From assembly GCA_030704615.1 (NCBI GenBank), contig CM060731.1, positions 43,338,001 through 43,402,000 of the forward strand: DNA of 64,000 bases. The letters are read 5' to 3'. The DNA is from Takakia lepidozioides. Taxonomy: Eukaryota; Plantae; Bryophyta. This document shows positions 1-13,074 of this stretch, piece after piece. Made by a program: the position numbers and the translations under genes. Within the stretch, counting starts at the first letter, position 1, and the number at the start of each line of letters is the position of its first letter. The notes under the pieces are model-generated. The model was not told where the DNA came from and did no database searches. It saw only the letters and a program-made list of their open reading frames with translations.

Positions 1-835
1 TGTCAGAGAAAGATTTCTTTGAAAGACTACTTTGCATACATGTTATGCATTAAGCATTGTGACTCGTCTTGAGGTAACAGAAAAATGGGAATGTCTCTAC
101 GGGTTGGTGCGCAGAAAAGGTTGGCTATCATGATGAAGAAGGCTGGATAGAAGGGATGTGATGATGATTGTCTTTCTAGTTGTCTTATTGATTATTCTCA
201 CCTTCCTTGTTGTTTCTGTGTAAGCCGTTTCATGTAAAAGTAAAGTTGTATGAGAGTCCTCACATTGCAAATGAAGTCAAGCGAGATAGGTTGTGTCTGC
301 GGTGCTCCCTTGTTTCGCCTATCAGCTACAGTGAAAGTGCAGCCATTGGCTGTCCTCCAATTTTAGTTGTGACTTTTACCATGAGGGTATAGTCCCTTGT
401 GGAGACAAGTGTGGGGTTTGAATCACTAGTGCCAACTGGAGAGAGAGCCACATAGGCCTGACATTGTCCTTTGTGTCTTATGAAGTACAAATACTTATTG
501 GCCTTTGGATGTTTGGTTCCAAGTCAAGAGATTTCATACATTGTTGGATCTAGCAATGTATCTCACTCCGGGATCAATGATCATAAACTGAAGAAAAGAA
601 AATGTGTTTGGTCCTAATATTGCGCATTTGATTGCGCGCGCAATCAAGTACGCAATATTAGGGATTTTTCTATGTTTCTAGAGATCCCATATCCATTGCA
701 TGAAAACCTGATGGGTTATTCTCAATTTTATGGATTTCACATAATGAAAAATATGTATGGGTTGCCAACTGTTAAAAAAAAAGACCCATGTAAAAGAAAA
801 ACTGAAATTCCATTAGGTTAAGCAAAATGTGACAG
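1..835. repeat. Direct repeat, copy 1 (partner at 22777-23693); probably the right-hand part of the pogo-like element
   Basis: TGTCAGAGAAA...AAGCAAAATGTGACAG aligns by eye with 22777-23693 apart from a few indels; copy 2 has 158 extra bp at 23054-23211. Confidence 0.9.
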
Positions 836-1279
836 ATGTGTTGTGCAAGTCCAGCAACCATCCACGAAGCTTTCGATTGCAGGCCGCCTGTCCATAAACC
901 ATCCAAAGAACTGGAGTAAGAAGCGCATAACACTACCGTGTATTAAGGAAGGAGGCCTGGCTTGCAAGCAGAGGCCAGAGCCCATGCAAGAAGAAAATTT
1001 ATTGGCGACCAGCAGATGCTGCACATTGTGGAGGAGATAGGTGCAGCAGGTTTTTTTTTCCCTGAGACGACGGGAGTAACACCTGGGCTGCGGGTGAGGG
1101 AGAGATGAGAGATTCTGGGTTGCACTGCGATTTGAAGCGGGTTGGGGGAGAGAGGAGGGAGATGAAAGGGGGTGGGACAGTAGGAGGAATGAGGGGAAAA
1201 GTGCAGTGGTGGAGGCGGGGTTGCACTTTGCGAGCATGTGCAGCAGCAGGGGTTGCAGGGGCATATGTTCTTGGACATA

Positions 1280-1760
1280 ACCTTAAATTTTATGGGGAAG
1301 GACTATCCGCTCTATCAGATATACTCTTGCAGTCTTCGTACTTCCATTTACTTCTCTCAGGCCCCTGGACAGAGTACAGAAAGCTGCAAATCGAACTGCA
1401 GATTGGTGACCCTTCTGTGAGCGCGGAGGGGCTGGAGATTGCCTTCTCCTACATGTATGGTATGAGCCCAGTTTTCACTGGAGATAATGTGATGGCAGCA
1501 CTGGTCGCAGGGTGTTTTTGTTGGATGGAGTTTTGTGACAAGTGTGTGCGGTGCATTGTAGCCAACTTGAGGGTGGACACTTTTGTTGCTTACCAGCAGC
1601 TGTCCGAGCGGCATCGCTATGGCTGGTTTGCCGACCTGGGGTGGTGGTGGTGGTGGTGGTGGTGAGGATTGGATTTGACGCCCACCAGTTCGCAAGCATG
1701 GGGTCTGGGACACAAGGAACATGCACTCATTTTGGCACAAAGATTGTCAGGCAGCACTTT
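1280..1760 (+). pseudogene. BTB/POZ(-BACK) protein remnant, germ-cell-less-like
   Basis: LLQSSYFHLLLSGPWTE...IELQIGDPSVSAEGLEIAFSYMYG...NVMAALVAGCF...CVRCIVANLRVDTFVAY is a BTB core running into the start of BACK. The frame is broken by a (TGG)n run and a stop at 1665. Confidence 0.65.
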
Positions 1761-4700
1761 TAATGAGGGAATTCTATGATCATACTCTGAAGTGTGAGAG
1801 AAGTCAAGAATTTCTGAGGTGATGATGATCTGAGACATCAAGAATTGTAGCTACAGCAACCAGTCAACGAATTTGCAGATTACTTCATTACCTACACAGG
1901 CAATGGTTTGTCTCTCCCTCTTAGTCATCATGGTTGCCACCTGTGAGAGAGATGATTAGTCACAACCCTTGTTACTTCCAGCTAGTGAAGCTGGTTTGGC
2001 ACCTTACTAGGTGGACAACGCGTACAGAGACCACAGGATAAAAGGTGCATTGGCAGGGTTTATGTGTGTCGGTGGGGGGTTGGATTTACCAGACAGACAG
2101 GTAGGTACTAAGAGGGATCGAATAATGCTGTTGTGTGGCTGATCTAGCTCGTTTGGGGAAATAGTCCTTGTGTAGGTGTTATTCAGGCGGTTGAAATCAG
2201 ATGAACTGTGGGTTCTCAGCGAATCATAGTGCAGACTGGAAGTTGGCATGTGTGAAACCCACTGATTTTGTTTCAGAATGCCCATGTGGAAAAGGTGAAA
2301 GGTCGACACTCACTCCAACGGGAAGGCTGCGTGGAATCTGACAGTCATGAGCAACAGCAACAAGAGAAACACAATGAAGGCTGATAGCTGGGAAACCCGG
2401 ATCAATAATTGTTTATTCAAAGGTAAGTCTTACTAAGGGCATCAGCCTCTGACAAAGGTAGGTTCTATCCCTTTGTGTTCTGCTCACACCGGGCGCGGGT
2501 CAATGGCCACAAGGCTCTATCTTTGTCCCGTGCTGCAAAATTGCGGCTCCCTGATCTTTCTGTACTTTCACAATCCCTGATCTTCATCTATTCAGTGGCG
2601 TTTGTGTGTGTCACTTGTTCACTGCCTGTTGTTTCTTCTGTTCATTTATTCAACCCCAATGTCGATGTCCTGCACGTCTGTTTTCACATCTCCTTGCTAT
2701 GACCGCCTCTGTATCCCCAGCGTTCCTGCGAACATTTGATATGACATACCTGGTTGGGTGGGTTGAGCCCACTGATATACCACAGCCAGCAAGCAGGTTC
2801 GAAGGGAAAGGAGTATTATTAATACTAGAGAGCATCGATCGTGCAGAGTATGACGATCATTAAGCCACTGCTGCTATAGCCTTCCATTAATTCGTTTATT
2901 CCTCTTTCATGGCTTTTTTCCGTACTGGATGAGGCATTTTTTTGGGGATGTTGAATTACTTGTTAGGATGTGAAACCGTTGCCTTGGATATTATGTACTG
3001 TTTTTCCATCCTATTGACGAACCTTCTCCAACTGGATGAACTTATTAACTTTTTCATCTGAACTAGATAAAATATGCAGCCTATGATGGCCCTGGACTGT
3101 TGTTTAATAATTAATTATCCTTAATTATGGCTCATTAAGGAATGAAACCCTAATCTCTACCCTACAACCTATTGTTTAAACCTAGCTAACGGATGACATC
3201 CGTCGGGTTTCGAAAAAAGTAGTGTTGATTACTCATGCTGCACGGATGAAAAATCGGGCATGGCCCTAGGGTGTCTTTCCCGCCATCAGCAGCACTCCTC
3301 GTGCTTTTGAGCTCGCGGATGAGAGTTATGGCATCTGCGTTTTGCTGCGACCCTGTCTGCTGCTTCGTATCCATGCTGGACGAGCTCCTGGGGATGCGCA
3401 ATGGCGGCGTTTTGTCTCTTCTCACAGGCGGGAGACAATGTTGTGAATGCATCGTCTCTTTCCCTCCTCTGGCTTTTATGTTTCGCGGCGGCGCTCGGGT
3501 TAGGAAATATCTCTCTCTCCCTTCTTAAACCTAGCAAGGATGCTTGTATGCTTCACTTCTCCTTAATTGTGCTGGAGGTGGCTTGCTGGTGGCGATGGCG
3601 CACAGTTATTATCTTCCCCAATCGCTCAAGGTGCTTTTGGTGATTAGGATTCTTTTTGCTTTATGTCTTTCTCTCTTGCTTTTGAGGTTCTTAGTTGACA
3701 TCGACGACAAGTGTAGGGGACTGTAATTTACCACGGGTTCCACAATCCTCACTAACATGTTGGTTTTTGTGGGGGCTTGTGATGGGACCAGGTGAGGATC
3801 CCTACTGGCTTTGAATTCTCTTGAGCTTGCAGATAAGGATGTAGGCAACGAGAACCTAGGGTGTATGGCGTCTTTACTTGGCTGCTGCCTGCAGCCCTGA
3901 TTTCGGCCCGCTTGCTCCTGGTTTGGCATGCCGATGCTTACTTTTGACTTATCTTTTGCTGCCTTTGATGGAACACTTCGGCCTGACAGGCTTGTCTCTT
4001 GAAGCCCAGCATCTGGACCTTACCTTGTCTTGAATCTTTGACATCATTGCCTGTGGATTATTAAGCTAGGTACTGTTCCGGCCTTAAAGAGGAGTTATGG
4101 TTTATGGATAAGGCATCAATGGCTGTTTGGTTCTAAGGAAGAAGAGGCCCTGTTTTTAAAGATGACAGCCTGATAAGGCAATAACAGGCCTCTTCTCAGG
4201 CCTGGATTTGGTGTGGAATGGAGCATAGTGAGATTTTAATTGCAAAACCTGGCATAAACCTCCTGGAAAACAGTGTTGGTGCTCCGAAGAGATGCTCTAG
4301 TAGCCCAGTTCATAACATCCAAATTTGTGAGATAATCTTATGATCAAAGCGAGCAGACCAATCAACTCACCCCAAAAGGTTGCTAACTGGATAGTCAGGA
4401 TCACTAGCCTTTGAGTCTCGTAGTGGTTCTTCTCTACACAGATCCGAGGAGTTGTGGCACTTTCAAAAGCTCAGTTCACCCTCTAGCTACACATGGCGAC
4501 ATGACATGCAGGCAACTACGCTAACTTGTCTATCATATATCAAAATTCCCGCAGAGGTGCGAGCTTAATATCGTAATTACTAAGCACTTGCATGGTAGTT
4601 GCGTGTCCTCACCATGAAGGTCATGGTGTAGTTTTGGCCTCCGTTCAATCCTCAACTATGGTCGTGATTAACACATATGTCTACAGAGACGTCGGGCTAC

Positions 4701-5199
4701 TTATATCCCAGTGTGTGATGCAAACTGAGTAAATGCTTAGTTGCAGTGGTGGGAATCAAAGCCCCAATTTTCCGCGCGGATGCCTTCGTAACGCTAGGAT
4801 GATTTGCAGGGGAAGCACCTATTGCCGCGAAATTCGGTGGCAACGGCGCTTTTCTCCTTTGTTTTTCTCCCTTTTGCTCTATCTCATCACACAGTTTCTG
4901 AGACGGGTTTTCAGCCAACAAAAGTTCTGTGAAGAAGATGCATTCACAACCGCATGGAGTGTTCGCTTAAGGGAAAGTGGCAAGCTTTATTGAAGTGGAC
5001 CAAATGGCAATGTCGACCTCGGTGATAGCTAAACAAGTGGCCTACAAAGTTTCAGTGTTGCAATGTAATAACAATCACTGGCTGATCTAGTTTCTGGATC
5101 CAGATTGCGTGGAACTTGGATTGACCATTTCTAGACTGACTATCTAGGCCCTGCCCATCGGATAATCCTATTATGGGGGAACGTTATCTGCCTGCGCCG

Positions 5200-7458
5200 T
5201 CAATGTAGGGAGGCAAGCCTTTGAATCAAGGCGTCAAATGCAGGCTGGCGATCCACCATGCTCACCCTACAGTACTGTGCGGAGACACCAAATGCTTCTC
5301 CACCTCGTGTAGGAATGCCTGCTCGGAGGAGGGCCTTCCGGCAGTCTTCCTCCTCCTCGTTCTTCAGCCATAGAAATGCTACTAGGACACATCACAACAC
5401 GGTGTAAGAGTTACTCGTTTCTTATAGAAATCATGCAGTTTAAAACAGAACAGTTTCACTCTCAGTGTTCCAAGTACCTGGATTGCTGGAGAACGTGGTC
5501 CCCATGAAGGTACAGTAGGCAGGCGAGGAGGGATAGTAAATTTTGCGTTGCCATGTAATGCAGATCAAATTGCCTTCCAACGAGCCTCCATCACCTCACT
5601 GTCAAACAAGAAATCACGGACAAAGAATCCAACCCCTTTTTGACCGCGTTTGGCAGAGGTTGCCTTGAGAGTACACATCCTACCAGAATGGAAAAAAAAA
5701 ATTTCCTTGGCTGAAGAAGATGAGTCTCCGCAGTCCCAAGTGAGGTTCTCGTAAGGAGGCCCGCTTAAGCTCGACTGCTGGTAACCACTCAGAATTACTC
5801 GAATCATTGTAGTCGCACGAATCTGAGAGTCTTGAGATACACCAAGTGTATTCACCTCAATAAACCTCGCCATCTTCTTAGCCACCTGAGGGGATTTCAC
5901 AAGAGCCCACCTACAAAACGAACAACCTGTCTCAGAGATGTTGTCCATGCAGGAGCATACCAAGGTAACAGCTTGTAAAACAAATGTTGTGCATGACTTC
6001 CTACATCCGATCTAGGCATGTCTAGACTTGTGTAAGCAGACTAGAATCAAACAACATTTGTCTCAAGATGCTTAGACTGTAAGTGAATTGCTTAGAGGTC
6101 ATACCCAATGCGCGATCCAGCATGTCCTGTGCACTTGGAAAGTGTGAAAAGCATTACGTCGTGATCTTTTGCACCCGTGATTGGTGTGTACGTTGGCCAG
6201 TAATAAGCCAGGTCATGAATCACTGACCCGCCAGAAGCTGTCACCTTCAAAGCTTCGCGTATTGTTCCATCATGATTGTTGGGAGACGTAACCACCTCAA
6301 TGTACGCATCATCCTCTGACTTCCGCGAAAAGGTTCTTGCGTCGCCGCCCCACTTAAATAGACCAGACCTCAGAAAGTCGACCTGTGCCGGATACGCCTG
6401 CTTGATGGGTCGATCAACAACACATGAAAAATACAGTTAGATCATCTACATTGACAAGATAGAGCCACTGTTCTACAGATCCTTTTACTCCATGACTGGT
6501 AGTACAATACGCGTGAAGTCCGAACGAATTTTTTGAGAGACAATGCCTGAGCCTCACGAAGCAGGAAATTTGATAACAGATCTTTAATCACTAGCTGCAG
6601 TTGAAGGTGAGAGGCCAGCATTTCAGGTACACTCATATAATACAATAAATTGATGAGTTTAGAACGAATCGTACGGAGTGATATGGAGCAGCAGCAATCA
6701 CTGGTGTTGGAAACGTTTCTTCCGGATTGGATTAAGCGTAAATTGCAGCTAGGAAAAGGTGGGTCGATCCCGTCCCGACAATAAGAATTTTATCTTTCAC
6801 AATGGCGTTGCCAACAAGATTATGCAAATCCCTAATTGCATCGTCAAGATCTGCATGGACAAACCAGATGCCTGCATTGTTGTATCCCTTGTTCTCCGCA
6901 AAGTAGCTCATGCGATCACTGGCTCGGGTCAGACGCTCCTGGTCGACTCCTACATAATCCCAGTAGGACTTGAACATAGTGGGATCCCCACTGGAATATA
7001 AACATGCGATCATTGTCAGTCTTATTTAAAAATCTAAAATTGAGCAAAGCGCCACTGTAGTTCAGAAGCAAGATGCAAACCGAAATAGTGCAATACATGT
7101 AAAGCTAGTGCCACAATACGTTCCAAATTACAGTTGGAGATATCACGAAGACATCATCGTGCAGTTTCCTGCAAACACACGTAGAGATTTTGTAGATGGA
7201 AAAATTAAAGGAGTACACAGGCTGTAAACAGCCATGCACTTGCAGAGAAGTCTACGGGTTCTGATGCCGAGTAGATCTGCATATGTCCCAAGTCTACCAC
7301 TTTAGCTATGAAGTATTGACAAACCAAACTCAACCAAACTGGGAGGTGAAGAGAGAGATTAACCCTCTCCGGTCAAGAATAACTCACTTATCGCAGTCCA
7401 GCATCGTACTTGCAGTTTCCGATGCCGTTGGGCCGATCGCATACGTTGCTGGAGCCAT
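5200..7458 (-). pseudogene. TAR: Tryptophan aminotransferase-related (TAA1/TAR, alliinase family, PLP-dependent), copy A, 5 exons
   Basis: Exons approx. 7458-7388, 6990-6675, 6397-6105, 5910-5478 and 5378-5200 with GT-AG ends. Motifs: [52 protein letters not shown]...RVSM. Lesions: TAA at 6732-6734, TGA at 5565-5567, an 81-bp insert and a 7-bp deletion in exon 4. The start codon is tentative. Confidence 0.88.
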
Positions 7459-10400
7459 CAATCGACTAGTTTGAACGAACAAATCCGTTCCGAGATAGCC
7501 ACCCTCTATCTATTTCACTACCTGCAGGACTGTGAACCGCATTCATGAAGATTGCTGAGCCTGTAACTCTGCTGGACTGCTCGAGCCTGTCCCATCCACG
7601 TCCGTATAATCCACTGCAACGACATCAACAATGCGGATATCCATGGGATATTCCGTCCAAATGGTGGCGCAGACCTGTCCAGATATCAACCGAGGAATGC
7701 TCCCAAGGGTGGTTCCTGCCGCACTATATTACGAGGACATCCTCACGCGGATCCCACACACCTGCCTTCTCTTCCTCACTCTTTCCTCTGTCTTGTTGTG
7801 TATATGGGAACTCTTCCCTGCGAGGGCTCACCGCGATGTGCACGACCCCGACACCGACGTGGCCCGAGGTGGGGGACTTCCTCTGCGTAAAGATATAGGG
7901 TTACTTAAAGAGAAGGGAATTTAAGAGAAGAAAAGATGACAGGGCGTAAGATCCCACTGGACCTTGCGCCTAAGAAGTCATTGCCCGTTAAACAGGATAC
8001 TCCGTCAGAAAACGTCTCTGCAAATACGAAGGGAAAAAACCTGTAGGATCTACGTGTGTGTGTGTTGAGGACGACGAAGATGGAGATGAAGGCAATTGAG
8101 TCATCTTGCTGGCAGCGATGGCGAGCGCTGTGGTGGGTGTTGAGATTGATAGAGAGGAGGGCTGCCTGGTGCTAATCAAGACCCTTCGGAAATGCAAGGC
8201 TTGTTAAAGTGATAGCGACTCCTCAACAGCTTAGCTTCAGGTATGTTCAAGATTACAAGCAGCTGTTAATTGATGTTTGTTTCTCAGTGGCAGATCTTAT
8301 GTATAACTGCAATTAAAGTATGATAGATCGACTGTTATTTTGTTCAGTAGGTGGATTGAGATCAATGAACCCTGCTTCGAGCTTACCATGTGTTTTTCTT
8401 CTACTGTCCCCTCTCTCTCCGCCACTATATTCCTTTTTCCTCATGTGTTAAAATAGCAGATCCAGCAGTACTTCTGAGATCCTGGTAGCCAGCACTCAAA
8501 ATCATTTATGAATCCCCTGTCCCAGGTGTTCAAATCCCACAGGTCACAAAAAACAGAACAGTAAATATACCTCTTCACCCCACCAAACGGAACAGAACTA
8601 TAGCTTCATCCATGCACCTGTTGGGTGTTTGTAGGACATAATAAGGTGACCAGTTCTCACTTTCTTGCACTCTTCAACTTTCCAACCAAAAACTTTGTTG
8701 ACAAAGGAAAGTGCTTTGAACTCCACAATGACACACAATCTGAATGCACAGACTCTAATGAGGCAGCACATTAGGAGCAGGTGGAAGAAGGTTCAACTGT
8801 AAAGCCATCTCATAAATGGCAATGGCAGCCAAAGCCTTGGAGTCAGGTGTGGAGCGCCAAAGGGTGTGGTAAGGTACTACGTGCACCTTGATCAGCTCTC
8901 CATGCTCCTGCAGGCGTGTCTATTGTCCTTGTAATGATTCTATCACCTGCCAAAATATGTTCAATCTAAGGGGTCATCACACTACATTGCTACTTTAAAA
9001 TTCTGTTCAGCAGCATATAAGTACTTAGTTCTGCCTGTTCGCATCAACCACTGATTTTTACACCAACAAGCTGGAGAAATGAGTCCATAACATGCAAACA
9101 AACAGTTATGGCAATGTGACAATTCATTGCAGAGCAAAAAAAGACCATTCAACATAGACTCTAGTACAAATGAGAACATCCAAAAGAAACTTAATAGAGT
9201 TGAAAGAATGGGAAGTGCTGAATGCTGAGGACGAGGCGCCATTCTCTCTCAACTCAGGCAGCTGGTCAGTGGTTTACTACCAAAATGGGCTGTATCCTTC
9301 AGTGGTGAAATTAAGATCTCCTCTTTGGCTGCAAATCTGTGAGTGATGATTCATTGGATCATCATTCCTTTATTCTCTAATGCTGGCATCATACATTCCA
9401 TGTCCCACTAGTAATCAGGGAATAAGCAACTGAAAAATCCAGTACTCTTGATCATACAACCTGCATAGAGGGTACTAATACCGACTGAAAGTAACCTGCA
9501 AGGAAGGCTTTGTTGATTAAGGAGGCCCAGAGGGCTCATAGCACAGTGGTGAACTCTTTAGCCAAATTGTGGCATTGAGCACAAATTGAGCAATGAAAGA
9601 TCTTCATCACTTCCACCCTGTTTGATACACAAAACCACAAAGTCAAAACAATATACAGCTGTGACATGGATCTAGACAAAACAAGAAAGGTCAGCACGCC
9701 ATACAATACAAACACTAACTTTCTCTCTTTTTCATTTTGTCAGCCAGCCACTTCCACTTGTCAGCCCAATACCAAGCTGAGCGTTAACATATAGAGATTG
9801 AAGAACCCTTGCCACCTGCCAAATAATGGCTTGGCCGTACCAAGAAAAGGTTGACGCCTGCCACAGCGAGCATAGTCTCTTCACCCAAAGGACTACTGCC
9901 TTCAGTTTGGAAGGTGCACACCTTCTAAGGGCCGTGACCGGCAGTTGCCCAAACTTCCCCCAAGGACTCGAACGACCCCAGATACCCACACATTAGGTAT
10001 CCTTTTATAGCTGGGTTGGCTATAATGGGTGACATCCAACAGCTTTGAACTCATGATCGCTCGTACGACGATCTTGTACCATTGGCCAGAGCATACTGAG
10101 AGCAGAGAGAGCAGAACACACGAAGCCGTATCAAAGAGGATAGAAGATACCGGTGAGGGGAACATTTTGCGACCAGTTGACTCGTCCAACAGAGCTGTAA
10201 GATCAACAAGCTCTGAGGTTTTGATGTGAATGCCCACTTCTTCTTCCACCTACTGAGTCCCAAGTCCCAACCAAAGTACTTCATCACCCACCTTGCAGAC
10301 TTTAAATTCTAACCAGTAAGATTCGTGGAAAAGCTTACTAGAGCTGCTTAAAAACAAAAGAGTGCTGTGGGGAGGAAACAAAAGAACACCTTACCTCTCG

Positions 10401-13074
10401 GGCAGCGGTTCCAACAAAGTCCCCGGCATCATCATCCAGCATGCCAGCAGGAAGCTCCAGAATGGTCCGCCCTACTGGAACCCTTGCCTGTGCACAGGAG
10501 TTGAAAACATTATCATTCAAGTACAACTTTTTGCATTTGTCGACATCATCAAGATTAACATGACACAAAACCCCTCCTGGTGGCCTTAATTAAAAGATCG
10601 CCGCAAGGATCCCAAATTACAGCTCCCATTCTGCCATAGAACCTTATCAGATGGACGAAAATCTTGTTACGGATCTACCACAGCTCTGATAAGCCACCCC
10701 ATATGCAACATTGTAGTTTACCCTAACCCTAAATGTAAATTGAGCTGAGCAGACCTGTTCAGTGAGAACTGCATACTTCTCGCCCTCACACTCCAAGAGC
10801 ATCAAAATGCCAACAGCTCCACCCCTTGCAAATACTATGCCTGGCAACTGGTTCCCCACCACAAAATATGAGAGGTGCTAGAATCAAAAGTTCTGGAAAA
10901 TTTAATACTACGCGTGATATTAACCAGACTTGTTGTAACTCTAGGGCTACACTAGCAGGGCTGTAGTCAACAATATGCTTCCTAATGTGATGTAATCTTG
11001 AAACTCAACTTATCCTTTTAAGCATATGTCATTAGCTCTATTGGAGAGTAACTTCAACCTTACTGCTCCTTTAAACCCAACACAAATTCCATGAGGGAGG
11101 GACCATGTGCGTGAGGGTTCCTCCAAGTCAATGTTCACAGGGAACAGTCCACAGGAATTCTGTATACTCGTATATTCTACATCACCATAATCCAAAGAGA
11201 TTACCTTAGCACCTGTCTCATCATCCACGACCTCAGCTTTGAACTTAACAAAGCCCACGCGCTGCCCGAACATGTCTACACTCTGCTCCTCAAACATCAC
11301 ACCACAAAGCCCTTCATAGAGTCAAATCCCTTGAGTACTTGAAGGGTCCAAGGATTCAAAGCACTCCTTGATATAATCTGCAAGGCAAAAATCAAAGTGA
11401 AACAGCCTGTATGTGTGTCTGGGCCCCCATGGAAGGCTTCCTGCATGTTTAACTAGAGAGCACATTGCCAGAGTGGACACGATGCTCTCTAGGGTGATGT
11501 TAATGTCTCGAGTCAATACTTCATTAACAATGTAACTACATTGCCATTGGCTACACATGCACCACAAACCATATCACAGGGAATAAACTTCTCACAAGGC
11601 CCACACCCTTAAGGAAAGATTTCAGCCACAGGGAACAATCAACCATTAATCTGTCTGCATGTAGCTATCGAGATCGGATACAACATCATCAAAACCCAAG
11701 GAGCAGGCTACGATACAGGGAACAAATGTAGCATAATCACCGTACCCTTCAGATACATGCTGCAAGCCAACCAGGTTGTGGACATGGTGGTAATCTGAAA
11801 AGTGGAAACCATGCGCATACCTGGATGAGGACTCGGCGAAGAGAGCACCGGGCTCCCCCTGCGGCACACAGGGATGCCGCCTTTTCTGCATATTCATCAT
11901 CACGGGATCTGCTGCTATCAGGTCATGATCCATTTGCTGGATCGTGGCATTGCCTTTCTGCAAATTCAACGCAGTATGATAGCACCCCGCAGAGAGTATC
12001 TCGACATCTGCCCGAGCATCTCGGCCTGTATTATCTACATAATCCGTCGCTCCTCGTAACACATAGGCAGATCCAGGGTTTCAATCCAGTTTCACAAAAG
12101 ACGCTGAAACATCCCCTGTCCCAGATAATCTTTCCTGGAGTCATTTTGATAAGATTCTCACTGTACCAGAATGGTACAAGAGTCCCTGATATATAATCAT
12201 AGAAGTGTAAGGTTAGTCCATCAGCAAGGCCAGAAAGCCTGCTTCCAGTTATTCTACTGGGACATAACCAACAAATTCCAGGGATGAAAAGACCACTTGG
12301 CCCCTGCAGGAGATCAAGAAATCCAGGAAAAAATCACGGGGCTGTGTCTGGTTCAAACAGAAAGCCGTATCTTTACCGACTGTCAAGATGACAATAACCA
12401 CCATCCCTTTCGTCGTGATCTGCATAAATACCTTGTCTGCCTTCACTTCCATTAAGTGGTATTTTACACATCCACTCTAGAAGCCGCCATGACATGGAAG
12501 CCTTCCCTAAAGCAATCAGGTAATCACTCCTTCGGGTAAGGATGCCAAAAGGATCTCCACTGCTGCATGCTCATCATCAAAGCGTAAAATCCCTGACAAC
12601 ACTTTAGCATCTTGCAGGGCACTCGAGAAGTAATCAAAGATTGTCAGCATTCATCCTTCGCCATACAGGTTGCACAATCGAGATACCAGCCTCTTGTAAC
12701 ACATAGGCAAGGTCCCCAATCTCTTCCACAAAGAATATTGAGACACCCCCTGAAGAGATCAAGTAAGGGATTCCCAATTTTTGTGAAAGAAATCTGCTTA
12801 ACCTCCAGGATTGTTCCTGTAAAGTATTCCTGCGGAATTGCTTGTAGTACAGAGATCATTGCTGTCAGATCATGATCGAGCCCTTGTATCCTGTCAGTGC
12901 CAAGTCACTTGTAGTTCAGGGATGATCTTCACGCCCTCCCAGATTGTGACTAAGGCTTGGTCTGTCGGGAATGTAACACAGCACGTCCAGGGGCCACTTG
13001 CAAGGGCAAAAAGACTTTGACAAGGCATCATGGAAGCGCACTACGGTAAATGGTCCTAATAATGCTCACTTTCA
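5483..13074 (-). repeat. Inverted duplication, arm A (partner at 23702-30277)
   Basis: Identical or near-identical ORFs on opposite strands (e.g. 11646-12062 vs 24713-25129; 12644-12859 vs 23917-24132), colinear throughout. Confidence 0.95.
8755..11282 (-). pseudogene. NUDX14: Nudix hydrolase (ADP-sugar pyrophosphatase, NUDX14-type), copy A; N-terminal exons not found
   Basis: Exons encode SVDMFGQRVGFVKFKA / LPGIVFARGGAVGIL..YAVLTEQ / ARVPVG..LELPAGMLDDDAGDFVGTAARE / VEEEVG..MFPSP / GGSDEDLS / ..EHGELIKV..ALAAIAIYEMA, including the Nudix box. A 66-bp deletion removes the donor of the fifth visible exon (~9590), and there is a CAG>TAG stop in the last exon (~8920). Confidence 0.88.

Noticed and set aside
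1970-2343. Possible solo LTR (TGTTA...TGACA)
   Set aside because: The flanks (ACCCT / GTCAT) form no target-site duplication and there is no second copy in the window.
3140-4700. AAACCCTAA telo-box and short ORFs
   Set aside because: A single motif, not a telomeric array; the ORFs have no recognisable domain.
7459-7930. Alliinase EGF-like or signal-peptide exon upstream of TAR copy A
   Set aside because: No Cys-rich EGF pattern found; there is an in-frame TAG shortly upstream of the proposed ATG.
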